Below are positions 63,593-64,000 of a DNA stretch of 64,000 nucleotides, in pieces. The notes beneath the pieces are model-generated. The model did no database searches, was not told the DNA's origin, and saw only the letters and a program-made list of their open reading frames with translations. Source of the stretch: Meyerozyma guilliermondii (lineage: Eukaryota); the NCBI GenBank assembly GCA_051546255.1, contig CP128818.1:620001-684000 (forward strand), in the 5' to 3' direction. The position numbers and the translations under genes are program-made. Position 1 is the first letter of the stretch. The number at the start of each line of letters is the position of its first letter.

Positions 63593-64000
63593 CTAATTTC
63601 CTTTGGTCTTGATTTTCTTGTCATCTTTCTTTTCCTTTTTTAGTTCATGTTTGTTTTTTCCCAACTTCAACTTGAACCGTTTACCCTCTGCTTCTGCCAG
63701 GTATGCTCTCATAATCATGGACCTTGTGCCCAGTCCATCACTATAAGTGGGTGCAAGTTCGATACCTTCACCATCGTCTTCGTCACAAGCGTCCTCGTAA
63801 ATTGGAGGCACATCAGGAAGTGGTGTTCCTGCGCTTGGTGACCTGACCAGTTGAGGAGACCCACTGGTGGTGATAGAAAAGTAACTATCTGGCTCTTGTG
63901 AGGGACTCAATTGTATGATCGGCATTGGACTTGTCGGAGCCAGACCAACGGGGCTCGTGGTGGTGCTGTAGACTCTATCAAAAACATGACTCTGGTACAA
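63593..64000 (-). CDS. 3' end of a gene entering from the right edge; PY-motif tail, possibly an arrestin-related adaptor
   Basis: Open frame to the edge; S/P-rich with PPIY and APTY motifs. Confidence 0.55.
   Translation of the reverse strand: MYQSHVFDRVYSTTTSPVGLAPTSPMPIIQLSPSQEPDSYFSITTSGSPQLVRSPSAGTPLPDVPPIYEDACDEDDGEGIELAPTYSDGLGTRSMIMRAYLAEAEGKRFKLKLGKNKHELKKEKKDDKKIKTKGN

Overview
Gene-dense nuclear DNA from a budding yeast of the CUG-Ser (CTG) clade. In-frame CTG codons sit at positions that are Ser in homologues (DES1, SLA2, EHD3, ATG21), so the supplied standard-code translations mis-call these as Leu. The species cannot be determined from the window. It holds about 40 apparently intronless protein genes, mostly housekeeping (YLF2, FLU1, MRP7, RER1, SLA2, STP22, CBF5, SCC4, APN2, TBP, CGR1, RCF2, SCAP, RVS161, ARP10, RAD3, ADK2, LEO1, SAC7, RVS167, CCP2, BNA2, HTS1, DES1, MUM2, ARP7, EHD3, ATG21, SEC62) and three tRNA genes, two as a terminator-less Asp-Gly tandem. 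The most unusual segment is about 10.3-17.6 kb. It has a 2.9-kb ORF-free, AT-rich gap between convergent genes in an apparent GC3 trough (candidate regional centromere), an AGP3-like permease broken by one in-frame TAG, and an atypical SDR that looks bacterial-like. Two real-looking CDSs are missing from the ORF track: a 59-aa SLO1/SCOC-like protein and an N-terminal fragment at the left edge. No transposon, rRNA or CRISPR array is supported. Gene identities come from recalled family motifs, not database searches.
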